Assembly: GCA_951406725.2 (NCBI GenBank)
Contig: OX597830.1
Span: 67,456,001-67,520,000, forward strand
Length of the DNA: 64,000 nucleotides
From: Octopus vulgaris
Taxonomy: Eukaryota
Direction: 5' to 3'
Shown: one piece after another, positions 30,130-43,384 of the stretch
Layout: every line of letters starts with the position of its first letter
How positions within the stretch are numbered: position 1 is the first letter of the stretch
The notes under the pieces: generated by a model
Told to the model about the DNA's origin: nothing
The model's database searches: none
What the model saw: only the letters and a program-made list of their open reading frames with translations
Program-made: the position numbers and the translations under genes

Positions 30130-32510
30130 TATGATAGCACAGGAATCTGAAACCCAACTACCAAACTTACCACTACCCCACCCCTGCTGCTGTTGCTGCA
30201 ACCACTGCTGCTACTACACATAAAAACAATAATAACTGTGATATCAGTGATAATAATCATAATAATAATCATAATGATAATAATAAAAATGAAAGGAAAT
30301 GGGTGGAGCCTCCTCACGGGCTGATTAATGATACATCTAGTGATGGTGTCACAATAAAAACACTGGTAATTGTGCAACCTGATAATCGCTACCTCATATG
30401 AGCGACAATGAAAAAACAAAATATTGTAAATAACGGTGGTAATGAAACTGAAGCCAATGATGGGGACAGTGGTACACCTGGCGGGCTAAGAGATTCTGGT
30501 CTGGCTCCAGCCTGTCGATATCCAGAAAGGGACCACCACACACGGTGTAGATGGAACATGCAAATTAATGCTGTGGTCATGGAGTGTTACTATCTCAGCA
30601 GCCCGGTAGATGAATATGGTTCTCAAATTAGGGGTTACCAACAACGTAGGTATTATCATTGGAGAGAAAAGGAATTGTTTCAACTCACGGAATAGAGATT
30701 ATGTGATCAAGCTAATGCAATAAGGAAAAATCGTTGGTTCACAGAAGTAGAGCTCGAAGCTATCAAAAGATGGGTCATGGAAAATAACAGCAGAGATAAC
30801 AATGAAAATACAGTTCTTACTAATAAAAGTAATCTCATATCACAGGAAAGGAGCAGTGGAAGTTTACTTGATGAGTGACATATAGATGATCTAAAAGAAG
30901 ACAATAAAACTAATGGCAACATGACAGATGAAAAAAGGCAATCTACAACAGAATAAATGCAAGACTGCAGGAGAACGATAGCGACATTATTTGCAACCTT
31001 AAAAAGGTTGATTGGTGGAAATTGAACCAAGAAACGAAAAATGTCAATGAAATTCTGAAATACATAAAAAAAAACAATGTCACAGAAACAAATAATTTGA
31101 TAAAAGGCAGCAAGTATTGTTGTAGCAGAAAATGCGTGTGTTGATGTCAAGAAAAAGAAATATAATGGGAGTGACAAAAGAAAAGATCCATGGTGGAAAA
31201 GAAGAATCTAAGCGGGGTTAGACATGCTCTCGAAGGAAATCTCTGTGTTAGACCGAAAAGAGAAGGGGAATCTTAAAAGCAAACAAATATACAGGGCGCT
31301 AAAAAGGAAGTATAATATTGAAAGGAAGGGTCTGAAAGGAGTAACGGAGGAACTCAAACAGCGCCTTGTTGCAAAGAAACTAAAGACGGTAAGATACGAC
31401 CAAAGAATGAAGGGTTACCAGCAGAATAGGCTATTCAGAGTAGATCAGATGAGATTCTACAAAGAAATAAATGGAGAGTGTACAAATGAAATGTTGATAC
31501 TAAATAACATTGAAAGTCAAAGATTTTGGAGTGACATCTGGAGCAAAGACAAGGAACACAAGAAGGATGCTAAACGGTTGTAAGAACTGAAACAAACAGC
31601 AGTCTGTCCAAAACAGGAAGAACTAGTCATTTCAGTTAGGGAAGTGAAGGAAATCAGCAAAAAAAATGAGCAGCTGGAAGGCCCCGGGACCAGATGGAGT
31701 TCAAGGCTACTGGATCAAAAGATTTGGTGAATGTCATGCACGAATAGCTGCACAACTCAACACCTTGCTAAATGCTGACCAAGTAACACCAGGGTGGTTG
31801 ACATTGGGTAGGACAGTGCTGTGCCTGAAAAACATCGAAACAGGCAATACAGTAGACAATTACAGGTCGATATCCTGCTTGCCACTTATGTGGAAGTTAT
31901 TGACTGGAATACTTGCAGAGTCAATGTATGATCACCTAGAAAAAATGGAGTCCTGCCACATGAGCAGAAGGGTTGCAAGCGTAAGTGCAGAAGTACCAAG
32001 GATCAACTCCTGATAGACAAAACTGTACTTAGAGACTACAAGAGAAGGAAAAGTAACTTAGCCATGTCATGGATGGACTATCGTAAGGTGTACAACATGA
32101 TCCCACATTCTTGGATTATGGAATGTATGAACCTATAGTGGTATTGCATCGAATGTTAAGCGTTTGCTTGGAAAAAGTATGGTGAATTGGAGGAGGGACC
32201 TGACAGCATACAGAAGAAATTTAGGGACAGTAGAAATTAGGAGGGAGGTTAAGTAGTTGTGGTCAATAAAAAAGGTGGTAGTGGTCCCAATAATTGTTGT
32301 AGCCCTGGGAACAGTGAGCAAAAATCTTGAGAAGTACATGGAACAAATAGGGGCTGCAATAAGGGTGGAGCATTTGCAGAAAACAGCACTGCTTGGAACC
32401 GCTTGACTATTCCTGAAGGTGCTCGAAAAATATGAGGTGTTACGTTAGTTCACTGGTAGTGAACAGCTGACACTGTAGTACATCTCCAGTGTTAGAAGCT
32501 GTGCAAAGGC

Positions 32511-32557
<47 letters not shown>
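30130..32557 (+). mobile_element. Dong/R4 retroelement, internally deleted near 32245, (TAA)n tail
   Basis: [55 protein letters not shown]; RLE end VVPIIVVALG, HLQKTALLGT. Confidence 0.9.
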
Positions 32558-33400
32558 GGGTCTCTAGGAATGATTAAAAAAGGTACTGAAACCTATTTGA
32601 AAATGATACCAGGCTTACCATCCCTACAGGAAGTGCAAAAAATCGTATTAACTGGAACAGCTCATGTACTGAGAAGAGCATTATCGCTTTGAAAACAACA
32701 TCCATTCATGAATTTATTAATTCATTAATTTTTAAATACATATTTTACCTGTGAATTTGCGTGTGTAATCTGAGAATGCATGCAATGATCTTCTCTGCCC
32801 TGGTGTACGGAAAACACTCGACGAAAAACGAAAGAAAATTTGAAGAAAAAAGGGGAAAAAATAATAATAATAACAAGCCAGTTGCTGAAGGTAAAAATGT
32901 TACTATTTACTGTGATTTCCCAGTCAATACCGACAGAACGATTCAGTATAATCGACCAGACATAGTTAATAAAGACAAGGAAGACAATACTTGTAGTCTA
33001 ATAGATTTAAGTGTTCTCACTGATAAAAATATATCTGCAAAGGAATTTGACAAATTAAGTTAATGTAAGTATCTGGAAATTGAAATGAAAAAGATGTGGC
33101 ATCTTAAATCAAGGACTGTTCTTGTTATTGTAGGTGCCCTAAGAATGATAGGAAAGAGACGTCAGAAACATTTAGATAATGTCCCAGAAGAACAATGTCT
33201 CAGAGATTGTGCTGACAAGTGCTGCCCACATCCTTAGAAAATCCCTATCAATTTAAATGTCTGTGTTGTATTACGTGAAGATATTTCGCTACTGTCCCTG
33301 CCACTTCCCCCCCCCCCAATCTTTCAGTCATTCTGTAAAATCTCAAATGCTTCACTCATCGTGTCTCGGCGAGTGATTGTAACAAACATGCCTTTCATAT
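32558..33400 (+). mobile_element. Two further Dong/R4 3'-end fragments stacked after TAA tails
   Basis: EVQKIVLTGTAHVLRRAL; DFPVNTDRTIQYNRPDIV..DK....LIDLSV..D.NI..KEFDKLS. Confidence 0.8.
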
Positions 33401-33414
33401 AATAATAATTATTA

Positions 33415-33446
<32 letters not shown>

Positions 33447-33450
33447 ATAC

Positions 33451-33487
<37 letters not shown>

Positions 33488-33518
33488 TAATAACAATAAT
33501 AATAATAATAATAAACTA

Positions 33519-35215
33519 ATGAACCATGTGAGAGTTATTAGGAGGAAAGGTTACTTATCTGGAGTAGAAATATCTCAGATTAGTGAGAGTCTGAGAGACC
33601 CTGTGAATGAGCTACAAATGTTGGCTGCAGTTGAAAATAGAGAGGTAGGAGATGAAAGCAGGGAGAAGAGTAGACAGGAAGAAGAGGGGAATAGTGATGG
33701 GGCTGTTAAAGATGAGGAACAGGAACATTATGCAGTGAACTCTGATATTGCGGTGGGTGGACATGCAAGGGAAATGATCCAACTAGATAATGAATTGCTT
33801 GAAATTCAAAGACGTCTCACCGAGTTGATGAATGCTCCAGAAAAAAATGCCCATGAATATGAGAAGGGTAGATAGGAGTATGATAAATAAAGTAACACAA
33901 AAGATAAATACTGTCATACCATCCACCCAGATGGAGGACATAACACAAACAAGGAATCTTCTCCGAGCTATTGCACTACTTGTTGAGGAGAAATTACAGC
34001 TTTCTTAAGCAAAAATGGTGGAGCAAAAGAACCATAGTGGAAACGACGCATTGAAAGGGACATAATGTGGGCAAGGCAAGATCTAGGGAAAATTGAGCAA
34101 TGGTTAAGAGGAAACTAGAAAAATGGGAAAAAGAAAGACCGAGAAAAATTAGAGAAGAAATATAAAATATGGAAGAACGGGTTTGATGCAGTAATAGAGC
34201 AGTTAAAACAGAGGATCATGGCAAAAATCCAAAAGATCAGAAATAAGGAATAAGCCGTTAGAATAAGCAATGAACAGGAATAAGCAGTTAGAGGAGAACA
34301 TATTGTTCAAAAATAACTAGAAGCAATTCTTCCGAATGTTAGAAGGAGACAATGGTGAAAATGTTGCTCCTGATGCAAATCAAGCCAAGGAGTTCTGGAG
34401 CGGATTATGGGGAAATGATGTGGTGCATAAAAGGGATGCAATATGGATAGGAAATATCAAGGCAGAATTACAAGGAGGAAAGAAACAAAGGAATATTGTC
34501 ATAAGCACAAAGTGGGTAAAGTGCCTAACTGGAAAGCCTCCGGACCAGATGGGATTCATGGCTTCTGGTTGAAGAGATGCCACGCGGTGCATGAAAGACT
34601 AGCAGACCAATTGAATGAGTGTGTCCAGAAAGGTACAGTCCCTGTGTGGATGGTGACTGGGAGGACAACACTTATAATAAAAGATAGAAGGGGAATATTG
34701 TGGGAAACTACCGTCCCATAGTATGCCTAAGGATAATCTGGAAGATACTCACTGGAATATGTGAAAGACATACACTTTCCTGGCACAGAAAGAAATACAA
34801 CCAAAGGAACAAAAAGGATGTAGGAAGAGTTCTCAGGGTAGCAAGGATCACCTAATCATAGATAAAACAGTTTTGAAGTATTGTAAAAAGCAACATACAA
34901 ACATGTATATGGCTTAGATTGACTTCAGGAAGGCATATGATATGGTGCCTCATTCTTGGACCATTGAATGCCTGCAGGTGTTTAGTATTGCTGACAACAT
35001 CACAAATTTCTTTATGCATAGCATAAAAGATTGGTAAACCAAATTGTACTCAAGTAATGTATTCCTTGGAGAAGTTAATATTAAAAAGAGAATCTTCCAA
35101 GGTGACTCGTTCTCACCGTTAGTTTTTGTAATTGCACTAATACTCATAACAATGACACTTAGGAAAGTTAAGATGGGTTACAAATGTGGGAAGAAAGGCC
35201 CATCCTTGAACTATC
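33519..35215 (+). mobile_element. Another Dong/R4 element (N-terminal region + RT), degenerate
   Basis: NWKASGPDGIHGFWLK, EQKGC, DHLIIDK, IDFRKAYDMVPHSW, IFQGDSFSPL; follows (TAC)n(TAA)n. Confidence 0.88.
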
Positions 35216-35790
35216 TTCTGTTGCATCACACAACTCCAGCAGCTTGGTTTCCTCCCCATTGCGGGAACCAAATCCAGAGCCACCATCTACACCATGGAAT
35301 TCCCCTGGATGTTGTCCAATATGATTGTTGAAGTCACCAACAACAAAGAGAAGGTTCCTGTCATTCATCAACAAGATAGTCTATAAGAGGGTGTCATAAA
35401 ATCAGTCTTTCTGTTCATCAGGTAGCCCTGGCTGAGGAGCATATGCCAAGACAATGGTTGCTAATCCACGTTGCAGAACTAGTCTAAGCTTAAGTATTCT
35501 ATCACAGACTTTGACTACCTCGATTACCTTATCAACCCATTTCTCTGTAAGGAGTACAGTCAACCCCATCAGCGTTTGCTACTCAGAAAATCTTATACTT
35601 GTGTTCTTTGCCTGTGAGGAACCTAACAGAACTTCCTCTTCACCTTACTTCTTGGATACAGCACAAATCAACACGTCTCCGTTCAAGCATCTCAACAATT
35701 TCACCAGACCTACCTTTGAATGTACCAACATTAAGTGTGCCAACTCTGAAGGTGTGAGAGGTGTGGGACAGCGAGACCCTGGGATGGGGG
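35215..35790 (-). mobile_element. RTE-like LINE 5' endonuclease fragment
   Basis: RVGTLNVGTFKGRSGEIVEMLERRRVDLCCIQEVR; VVGDFNNHIG. Confidence 0.88.
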
Positions 35791-37644
35791 ACAGTAGCAT
35801 TTTGCATCTGAAAAGGAAGCATTTGAAAGATCTCGTAAACATACAATCGTCTTCAACCTGCATTCACTAACTGTCATTTTATTCGCTATATAATCACTTC
35901 ATTCAGTAGAAGATAGACACTAGGTAGGGATGGAGGGGGAAGGGAAAGGGAAGCGTTCTGTATAGTAAAGAAAATAATTAGAGAAAACAAAAGAAAGTAA
36001 AATATGGAGACGACTAAAGAAATAATTGAAACCAAAAATGTTTAAAAAAGTAAACAAAAGTTGAGTATGGGACGCAACACAATCATTAGCCTAAAATATA
36101 ACGATGGAAAACAGCTGACAGAAGTTGTACAAATATTAGAAAGAATAAATGAATTCTATGAAAACATATATCATTCAAAGAACGAAGTTTCTCAAACAGT
36201 AAATTCAAAAGAAGTGATCGCAGACATTTTAGAGATACAAGTTAGAAATGATCTGCATAATCAGTTATTATCTACCTGAGTTCATGATGGCACATCCAGG
36301 TAATCCATGTGATAGATGTCAAGTTGGAAATATATGTGTCCCAAATCCAGAATTTCTAAGTTCCACAGCAATGATTTCTATAGTAAAATATATAGAAGGG
36401 ACAAAAGGGGAGATTCTCGACCGACCAAGCACACAGTGTAAAAGGGTTTCAATAGATGACCATTTCTTTTGATTATTGAACAATACAATTTCCAAGTAAC
36501 AATAATCAAACCCAATCAAATTTATCAGTATCCTGGAATAATATGGTTGTGAGTTTATTGATTTCATTTTGCAATTATGCATTTTCCGGTTCCGCCCCAA
36601 TTTGTAACACCTTGGGTAACTGTCTTTGATTATACCTATGGGATAACCAAAGATTTGTGATTGAGATTGGCAGACCTCATCCATCACTCAGCTTGGTATG
36701 TCACTCTGTTCCTTCTCTGACTGAAATAAAAATTCGGATCTATACCTTACACTCTCTATGATGTATGAGGCAGAGGATGTTTAGGATCGATCCCTCAAGA
36801 ATTGCACAAATCTGAGTATTCCTAATACACTATCTGTCACTAGCATCAATCAGTCTGTGAGTACTTAAAGTTATTGGCTACATCCTTCTTGCTTGAGTCC
36901 TTCCTCCTCAGGGCCACCTCTCCTTAACTAACACGGCTGGGAAGGGAATTCTCTCAGTATTTTCAGATCCATGCTGAGATATATCTTATTCCATACTTGC
37001 ATAGGATTTATCTACAAAAATACTAGCAGCTGAATCTATTTTATTTGTAATTCCAAAGGATTTATCTCTTCTTCGTAATAATAATTCATTTTGACTTGTT
37101 ATAAACGTTTTCTAGCTTAGCTGTTTGTTGCTGTTGAAACCGAGGTCAAGCTTAATTCAACAGACCTATGTTCAAAATCATTCCAGCAATGACCATCTCA
37201 TCTTATCTCCAGTTATCAATATAGAATAAAATATGCTGGCTGCTGATGACTATATCTGAAAAAGGCTGAATAAGCATATTGTTGTATTTAGGTTTTTGTT
37301 TCTTTCAGTTATGAGTTCAAATTCTGCTTGGGTTGTATTTTTGTTTTACATGTTTTGTCAAGGACTGATTAGAAAATCGATAATTGAGTTCTAGATTGAT
37401 TCAGTATATCATATCCTTACTTCCATAATGAGGAATATATCAATGATTAGATTAACCCCAGTTAATGACTGGTGCATATTTCATCAAGCTTACACGGACA
37501 AAGAGAAAATTCAGCCTTTTTGTGTGAAGCCTGAATGTGACGGAATATAAGAAAATGCCATAGGGTATTTTGTCCAAAAACATACTGTAGTTTTAGAATA
37601 AGAAATCAATGTTTGAATATAATTATTGATCTCTTGTTTTGCAG

Positions 37645-37808
37645 ATGCCTGGATCATAAGTGAAGGTTTACATAGTGGAGTTGTGAAATATATTGGGGAA
37701 GCTATATCTGATAATGAAAATAAAGTGGCTGACATGAAAAAAGTGAAAACCATTGGTATTGCACGGTGGAACTGTGTACAAAACAAAGAATCCCTAGTGA
37801 ATAAGGAG
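37645..37808 (+). CDS. TRPM: TRPM-like exon, module 2: (D)AWIISEGLHSGVVKYIGEAISDNENKVADMKKVKTIGIARWNCVQNKESLVNKE
   Basis: ttttgcag| acceptor, gag|gtaaat donor; AWIITGG..GVMK.VGEA...IGIA.W motif; phase 1 to 0. Confidence 0.95.
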
Positions 37809-38719
37809 GTAAATTTTTGTTTCAGTTATTTTCTTTTTTTCTTTTTATCTAATCTTTTCTCCATATTAACATTAAATATTGATTTATAACATTTTACTGT
37901 TAATGTTTGAATGTTTAATATTAATTATTAAGTTTTAACATTTAAACATTAGATTACATCAAGGAATCAAGAAAAGACCCTTATAATTTCCATTCATGTT
38001 ACAATGCTCATTTTGTGATAAAGGAATTAATATAATATATTCAAGGTTTTTGGTTTTTGTGTGTGTGTTGCTTTTCTATTTTACTTGAAGTGAAAAAGTA
38101 AAAATGATTGAGTGAATAAGGTGTTAGATTACCAGACCTTAGAGAATGAGTTCTATTCTACTTCAGGTATTTCATTGTTTCTGGGAAAAATACCATATTC
38201 TACATAGCCTCAGTTTCCTTAGTTATCAAGAATAAACACATCAGTTTGGCAGTGTTCCGTCTCTTCTCAAATATTATCAATCATCTTGGTCGCTTGTTTG
38301 ACATTGGATCTAGTTTCTGGTTCTGCTTAGAATTTGTGTGCAATGGACATAACTCAAAAATTCATTCGTTTGTCTAGATTTACTATTTCTAAGAGATTAA
38401 AGGAGTATGTGGTTATATAGCAGAGAACTCTTGCTAAATACAGCAGGAGCCTGGTTCTATGAGCATTATCTCAGGAGCCTTATTTGTTTTTGTTGATTCT
38501 TGGGATTCAGTCATATTATTTACATGAATCAAAGTAGTAAAAATAAAGACAACACATGACTTGTAGATTTTTAATCTCTAACCACCACCTGTTTCAGAAA
38601 TCCTTCAAAGACCCTAGATACTTCACGTTTCCCTTTGTCTAAGTTAGAAATATTATAACAATGAAAATATAAAAAGAAAGAGGTACCTTGAGGATTGTAG
38701 GAAATTTGAATTAAACTAC

Positions 38720-39850
38720 CTTGTAAGGAAATTTGAATTCAACTGGGGAATATGCTAGGTGGAGAAGAACTTCGTAGCCAAGTTCCCTCAACTTCTGGAG
38801 CATCATTAGTGAAACCTATGGCCGAGCATTGTCATGAAGAAGTAGTCTGGAACGGAGTAGTAGCAGTTTTTTGTTCATTTTGCGTAAAAAGTATGCAACA
38901 TTTTGAATCATGAAGAATTTGTACTGGATTTTTTTCAGAGTTTTGAATTATTTAAAGCACTTTATTGCAATTGTATGATAATATAGACATAGACTTGCCC
39001 AAATGCAACGGTAAATTAACATTGATTATTTCTTTAGCCGTTGTCAGAATCATCTGAAATGGAGTTGTCAATGCGCGATATTCAAGCAAGTTTGCTATTC
39101 AACTTCAAAATTGGATGCAAAGCAGCTGAAACTGCTTGTGATATCAACGAAACATTTGTTGAGTTGTCACTCGAAAATAGTTTAAACGATTTTGCAGTGG
39201 AGACTAGGGCCTTGAAGATTATGAGCGTAGCGGACGCCCATCTGTCATCGATTACGGTCAATTAAAGACCGTCATTGAGAAAGATCCATGTACAACGACT
39301 TGAGAACTAGCACGTGAACTTCACGTTAACCAGAAAACTGTTTGAAACCATTTGTATGCAATCGAAAAATCAATAAAGCTCGACAAATGAGTATCACACG
39401 ATTTGAATGAATATCAGAAAATGTACAGATATGAAATTTGTTCGTTGTTTCTTCTCCGTAACCAGACCGAACCATTTTTCAACCATATTGTAACTTGTAA
39501 TGAAAAGTAGATTCTGTACAATTATAAAAGAAGTTCTTTGCAGTGGTCGGAGTAATATGGAGTACCTAAAACCTTTCCTAAACCTGAGCTCTTCAAAATG
39601 GTTATAGTGACTGTTTGGTGGTTCACTGCTGGAGTCATCCACTATAATTTCTTTAAACCCGGAAAAATCATTAACTTAGAAACATATTGCCATGAAATTG
39701 CCAAAATGAACAAAAAACTGCTACTCCTCCGTTCCAGACAGGGCAACAGAACAAGGCCAAACATTCTTCATGACAATGCTTTAATGATGCTCCAGAAGTT
39801 GAGGGAACTTGGCCACAAAGTTCTTTCCCACCTAGCATATTCCCTAATTG
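38720..39850 (+). mobile_element. Mariner (Mos1-like) transposase pseudogene with a short inverted piece at 38730-38900
   Basis: AAETA.DIN..F HTH, IVT.NEK..LYN, MV.VWW...G.IHY.F.KPG, ILHDNA. Confidence 0.85.
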
Positions 39851-40590
39851 ACAGATAAATTATCTGTCAATTACTCTGAAGTAAACTGGCTATATGAAAG
39901 AGTTATACTAGCTCCAACTAATGACATGAGCTTCTTCAAAGTTAACAGATATATCAGAAATGACTTTTTGATCAATTGACAACAGTCGATCAAAATCAGG
40001 TCCTTCAATACTTGTTGAATTTCTGAACACACTTAAATCCATTGGGATGCCACCGCATAACTTGACACTAAAACTGGGTGCTCCCATTATGTTGCATAAG
40101 AATCTTGACCCATTTAGCCTGTGTAATGGAACTCACTTAATTGTTACTTCCAAGAAGCCCCATGTCCTTCAGGCAACAATCATAACAGGTAGTCACAAAG
40201 AAGAAAATGTCTTTATTCCAAAAATTCCTCTCGTACCTACAGATGTTCCATTTGAATTTAAGAGGCTTCAGTTTCTAGTCAAACTAAGTTTTGGTATTTC
40301 AGTTAACAAATATCAGAGTCAATCCCTCAAAGTAGTTGGACTTGATCTCTCCACTACAAACTTCTCCCACGTCCAACCCTTTGTTACTCCCTTGCGAGTT
40401 GGAAGCAGCAATAATTTATTCATTTCAACACCAACAAAAAATGGCACAGTGAATATTGTTTACCCTGAGGTGCTTCGGCATTGACAGATTTTCAGTTCAA
40501 AATTCTATTAACATTACAATTTGTATATTTATTGTTTACTAATGTAAATAAGAAATGCAATAACCCAGACAACGTCGGTCATTCAGCTAG
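39850..40590 (+). mobile_element. Helitron 3' end (PIF1-like helicase C-terminus)
   Basis: GMPPHNLTLKLGAPIML..NLDP..LCNGT.L, FEFKRLQF.VKL.F..S.NK.QSQSL; short hairpin and terminal CTAG at 40587-40590. Confidence 0.9.
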
Positions 40591-40699
40591 CATACACACG
40601 CACACACAAGCATGCACACACACACATACATATAAACACACGTATACATAATTATATATATACATGCCTTCATATATATGGATATTTATATATATATAT

Positions 40700-41462
40700 A
40701 AATAAAATAATAGGCTTCCAAAGAGGAAAGCCTTGTGCTAGAAAGAACAGTAGAAAAACTCAAACCACCAAATAAAGATAAATTCTCGAAAGGAATGAAA
40801 ATTAAAACGTTTACCATCTCAATTATTTCCCAGGCCATGGTTTCTAACTATTTCCAGCAAAAAAATATTCGCTGAAGGCCAGTTTTATCAGTGGGGCAGC
40901 CTTTAGATTTCAAATATACACACAGCCAGTTCCACATGTAAAACTAACTGCCTGTATATCCTAACTTTCCAGATCACTGCGCAGACGCAGATTATACCCG
41001 GCGACAGAGAGGATGCCGGTAAAAATTTCGAACAAATTTATCAAGGAATAAACATAATAAATATCAATAGGGTAATAAGAAATTATTATTACCAGTGGCC
41101 TAGCACAAAAACGAATTAGTCATTAGACTATATATTATTCACATAGAAATATAATGTCGCCGGGTATAATCTGCGTCTGCGCAGTGGTCTGAAAAGTTCG
41201 GATGTACAGGCAGTTAGTTTTGCATGTGGATCTGGCTGTGTGTATATTTGAAATCTAAAGGCTGTCCCACTGATGAAACTGGCCTTCAACAAATCTTTTT
41301 TTGCTGGAAATAGCTAGAAACCATGGTCTGGGAAATAATTGAGATCGTAAACGTTTTTAATTTTCATTACTTTCGAGAATTTATCCTTATTTGGTGGTTT
41401 AAGTTGTTCTACTGCTCTTTCTAGCACAAGGCTTTCCTCTTTGGAAGCCTCTTATTGTATTT
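40700..41462. repeat. ~300-bp inverted repeat (arms 40700-41006 and 41155-41462), Penelope inverted-pLTR-like
   Basis: Arms are reverse complements, e.g. ggcttccaaagaggaaagccttgtgctagaaag / ctttctagcacaaggctttcctctttggaagcc. Confidence 0.92.
41265..41333 (+). ncRNA. Candidate type I hammerhead ribozyme
   Basis: tccca-CTGATGA-[stem II]-GAAA-ccatgG-TC-tggga; stem I tccca/tggga, palindromic stem III, GUC site at 41326-41328. Confidence 0.6.
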
Positions 41463-41669
41463 CTATTGTATTTCAGAGGTAAGTGTTGGTCGAATATAGA
41501 GCGGAATTTGAAATTAAATGAAAGACAATGGAGAGATTATGCATTCTCTTTACCTTGTCATTTATTTTTCAACACACTTTTTTATATACATTTATACATG
41601 TGTATATATGTAAGTGCATACGCATGTGTGTATGTGTGGTATGGTGTGTGTGTGTGTGTGTGTGTGTGC

Positions 41670-41980
41670 AAAGGCACATGTCTTAGTGGCTAAGTGCTTT
41701 GCGTATTTGACTCACAATCGTAAGGTTGTGAGATTGAGTCAGAGCAGCGCGTTGTGTCCTAGGACAAGATACTTTATTTCACGTTGATCCGGTCCACTCA
41801 GCTGATAAAAATGAGTTGTACTTGTAACACCTTGTCACATTGTGTGTTCTGCTTCATCTTCAAGAGAACAATGTTAGGGATGTGCGTGTCTGTGGAGTGC
41901 TCAGCCACTTGCACGTTAATTTCAAGACCATGCTGTTCTGTCGATCGGATCAACTTCTTATCGTATCCAACAGAGTGCCA
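41670..41980 (+). mobile_element. SINE-like element
   Basis: tRNA-like head (ggcacatgtcttagtggctaag...gtgagattgagtc) then ttgtgtcctaggacaagatactttatttcac. Confidence 0.55.
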
Positions 41981-42247
41981 GTTCTATAGGCATATATGTG
42001 TTTGTGCGTGTGTGTGAGTGCATTCATATATGTATGTATATGTATATGCATATATGTATCTATATATCTGTGGAATGGTGTATGAATGTATGTGTGTGTA
42101 TGGGAGGCGTGATTATGCATCTGTATAGCAATTCATTAGAGTTCCTCTTTCTAATGTCTGGGAACATCAAAATCTCCATCAACCAACACTTTCAGTATAA
42201 CTCAGTCTATATTCTGATACTCTCTCTTTTTCTCCCCTTTCTCTTTT

Positions 42248-42251
<4 letters not shown>

Positions 42252-42321
<70 letters not shown>
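42252..42321. repeat. (CT)n microsatellite ~110 bp upstream of an exon acceptor
   Basis: Direct reading. Confidence 0.95.
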
Positions 42322-42325
<4 letters not shown>

Positions 42326-42431
42326 TATTTTTCTGTGTCAGAACAAACACAATAAATATATTTTTAGACCATAATGATTTTTATAATAAATATATATATA
42401 TATAAAACTAAAATTTCGATTTAATTTCTAG

Positions 42432-42591
42432 GGATTGTGGCCTGCAAACTATTCTAATGGAGGAGAGTATGCCTTGGATCCTAATCATACACATTTTATC
42501 CTTGTTGATGATGGTACCAACGACACTTCTGGGGTAGAACTTGAATTCAAAAAACAGTTAGAAGATACTATTTTACAAATCAAAAGGCAAA
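42432..42591 (+). CDS. TRPM: TRPM-like exon, module 2: GLWPANYSNGGEYALDPNHTHFILVDDGTNDTSGVELEFKKQLEDTILQIKRQ
   Basis: tttctag| acceptor, a|gtaagt donor; LDxNHSHFILVDDG SLOG signature; phase 0 to 1. Confidence 0.95.
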
Positions 42592-43384
42592 GTAAGTTGT
42601 TATTAGAGAAATAAAACCATAAAATATAGACCGGAAATGAGATATTAAGGATAACTGGTTAAGTTTATATATATATCATATTAATTTACTCTCTTTAATA
42701 GCAAACCAGTCTTTTATTGGTTATAGTTAGGTTATTATTAATAGTTAACATCTAAACAATTCTATTCTTCTATGCCAGTGTTACTCAAACTGTGTCGCGA
42801 CACATTATTGTGTCGCCAGCAGGGCGTGGTGTGTCGCAACCGCACAGGAAATCAATATATAAGATACCCAATACCAATTTATTTCAGCTTTTCGTAATCT
42901 ATTTAATAGTAGAGTGAACATGTCAATGCAGGTCCCTACTGGCTATCATATCCCACTTCATATTTAGAGGCAAGATTAAAAAACAAAAAGATAAAAAAAG
43001 GTAGAAGTAATCTTCATTATATAACACTCATTTTTGTTGTATCTTATTCAGTGTAAAAGAATTAACATATTTCAAGCGCTATTCTCTTGTTCGAAGTAAA
43101 TCGAAAATCGATTAAAAATTTTCAAATCCGTACCTGTTTTAGTGAACAAAGCACACTGGAACTGCTTTCAAATTGCCTAAACTTATTACTCACCTATACT
43201 GGTATTAGGCATTACTGATAGTAAACTAATAATTATGAAATCATATTAAACGCATGCCACACTTGCTCCTTGTTCATCAGTCTCGCTAGTTTAGCCTTAG
43301 CAACCGGGTGTTCTAATTAAGGGCAACGTACCATCTCTAACTTTATCGAGTTTAGTATTGGTGATATTAATTACATGTTTAGTT

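Noticed and set aside
40047-40484. Host PIF1 helicase gene
   Set aside because: Intronless C-terminal fragment with degraded motifs followed by a Helitron hairpin+CTAG end.
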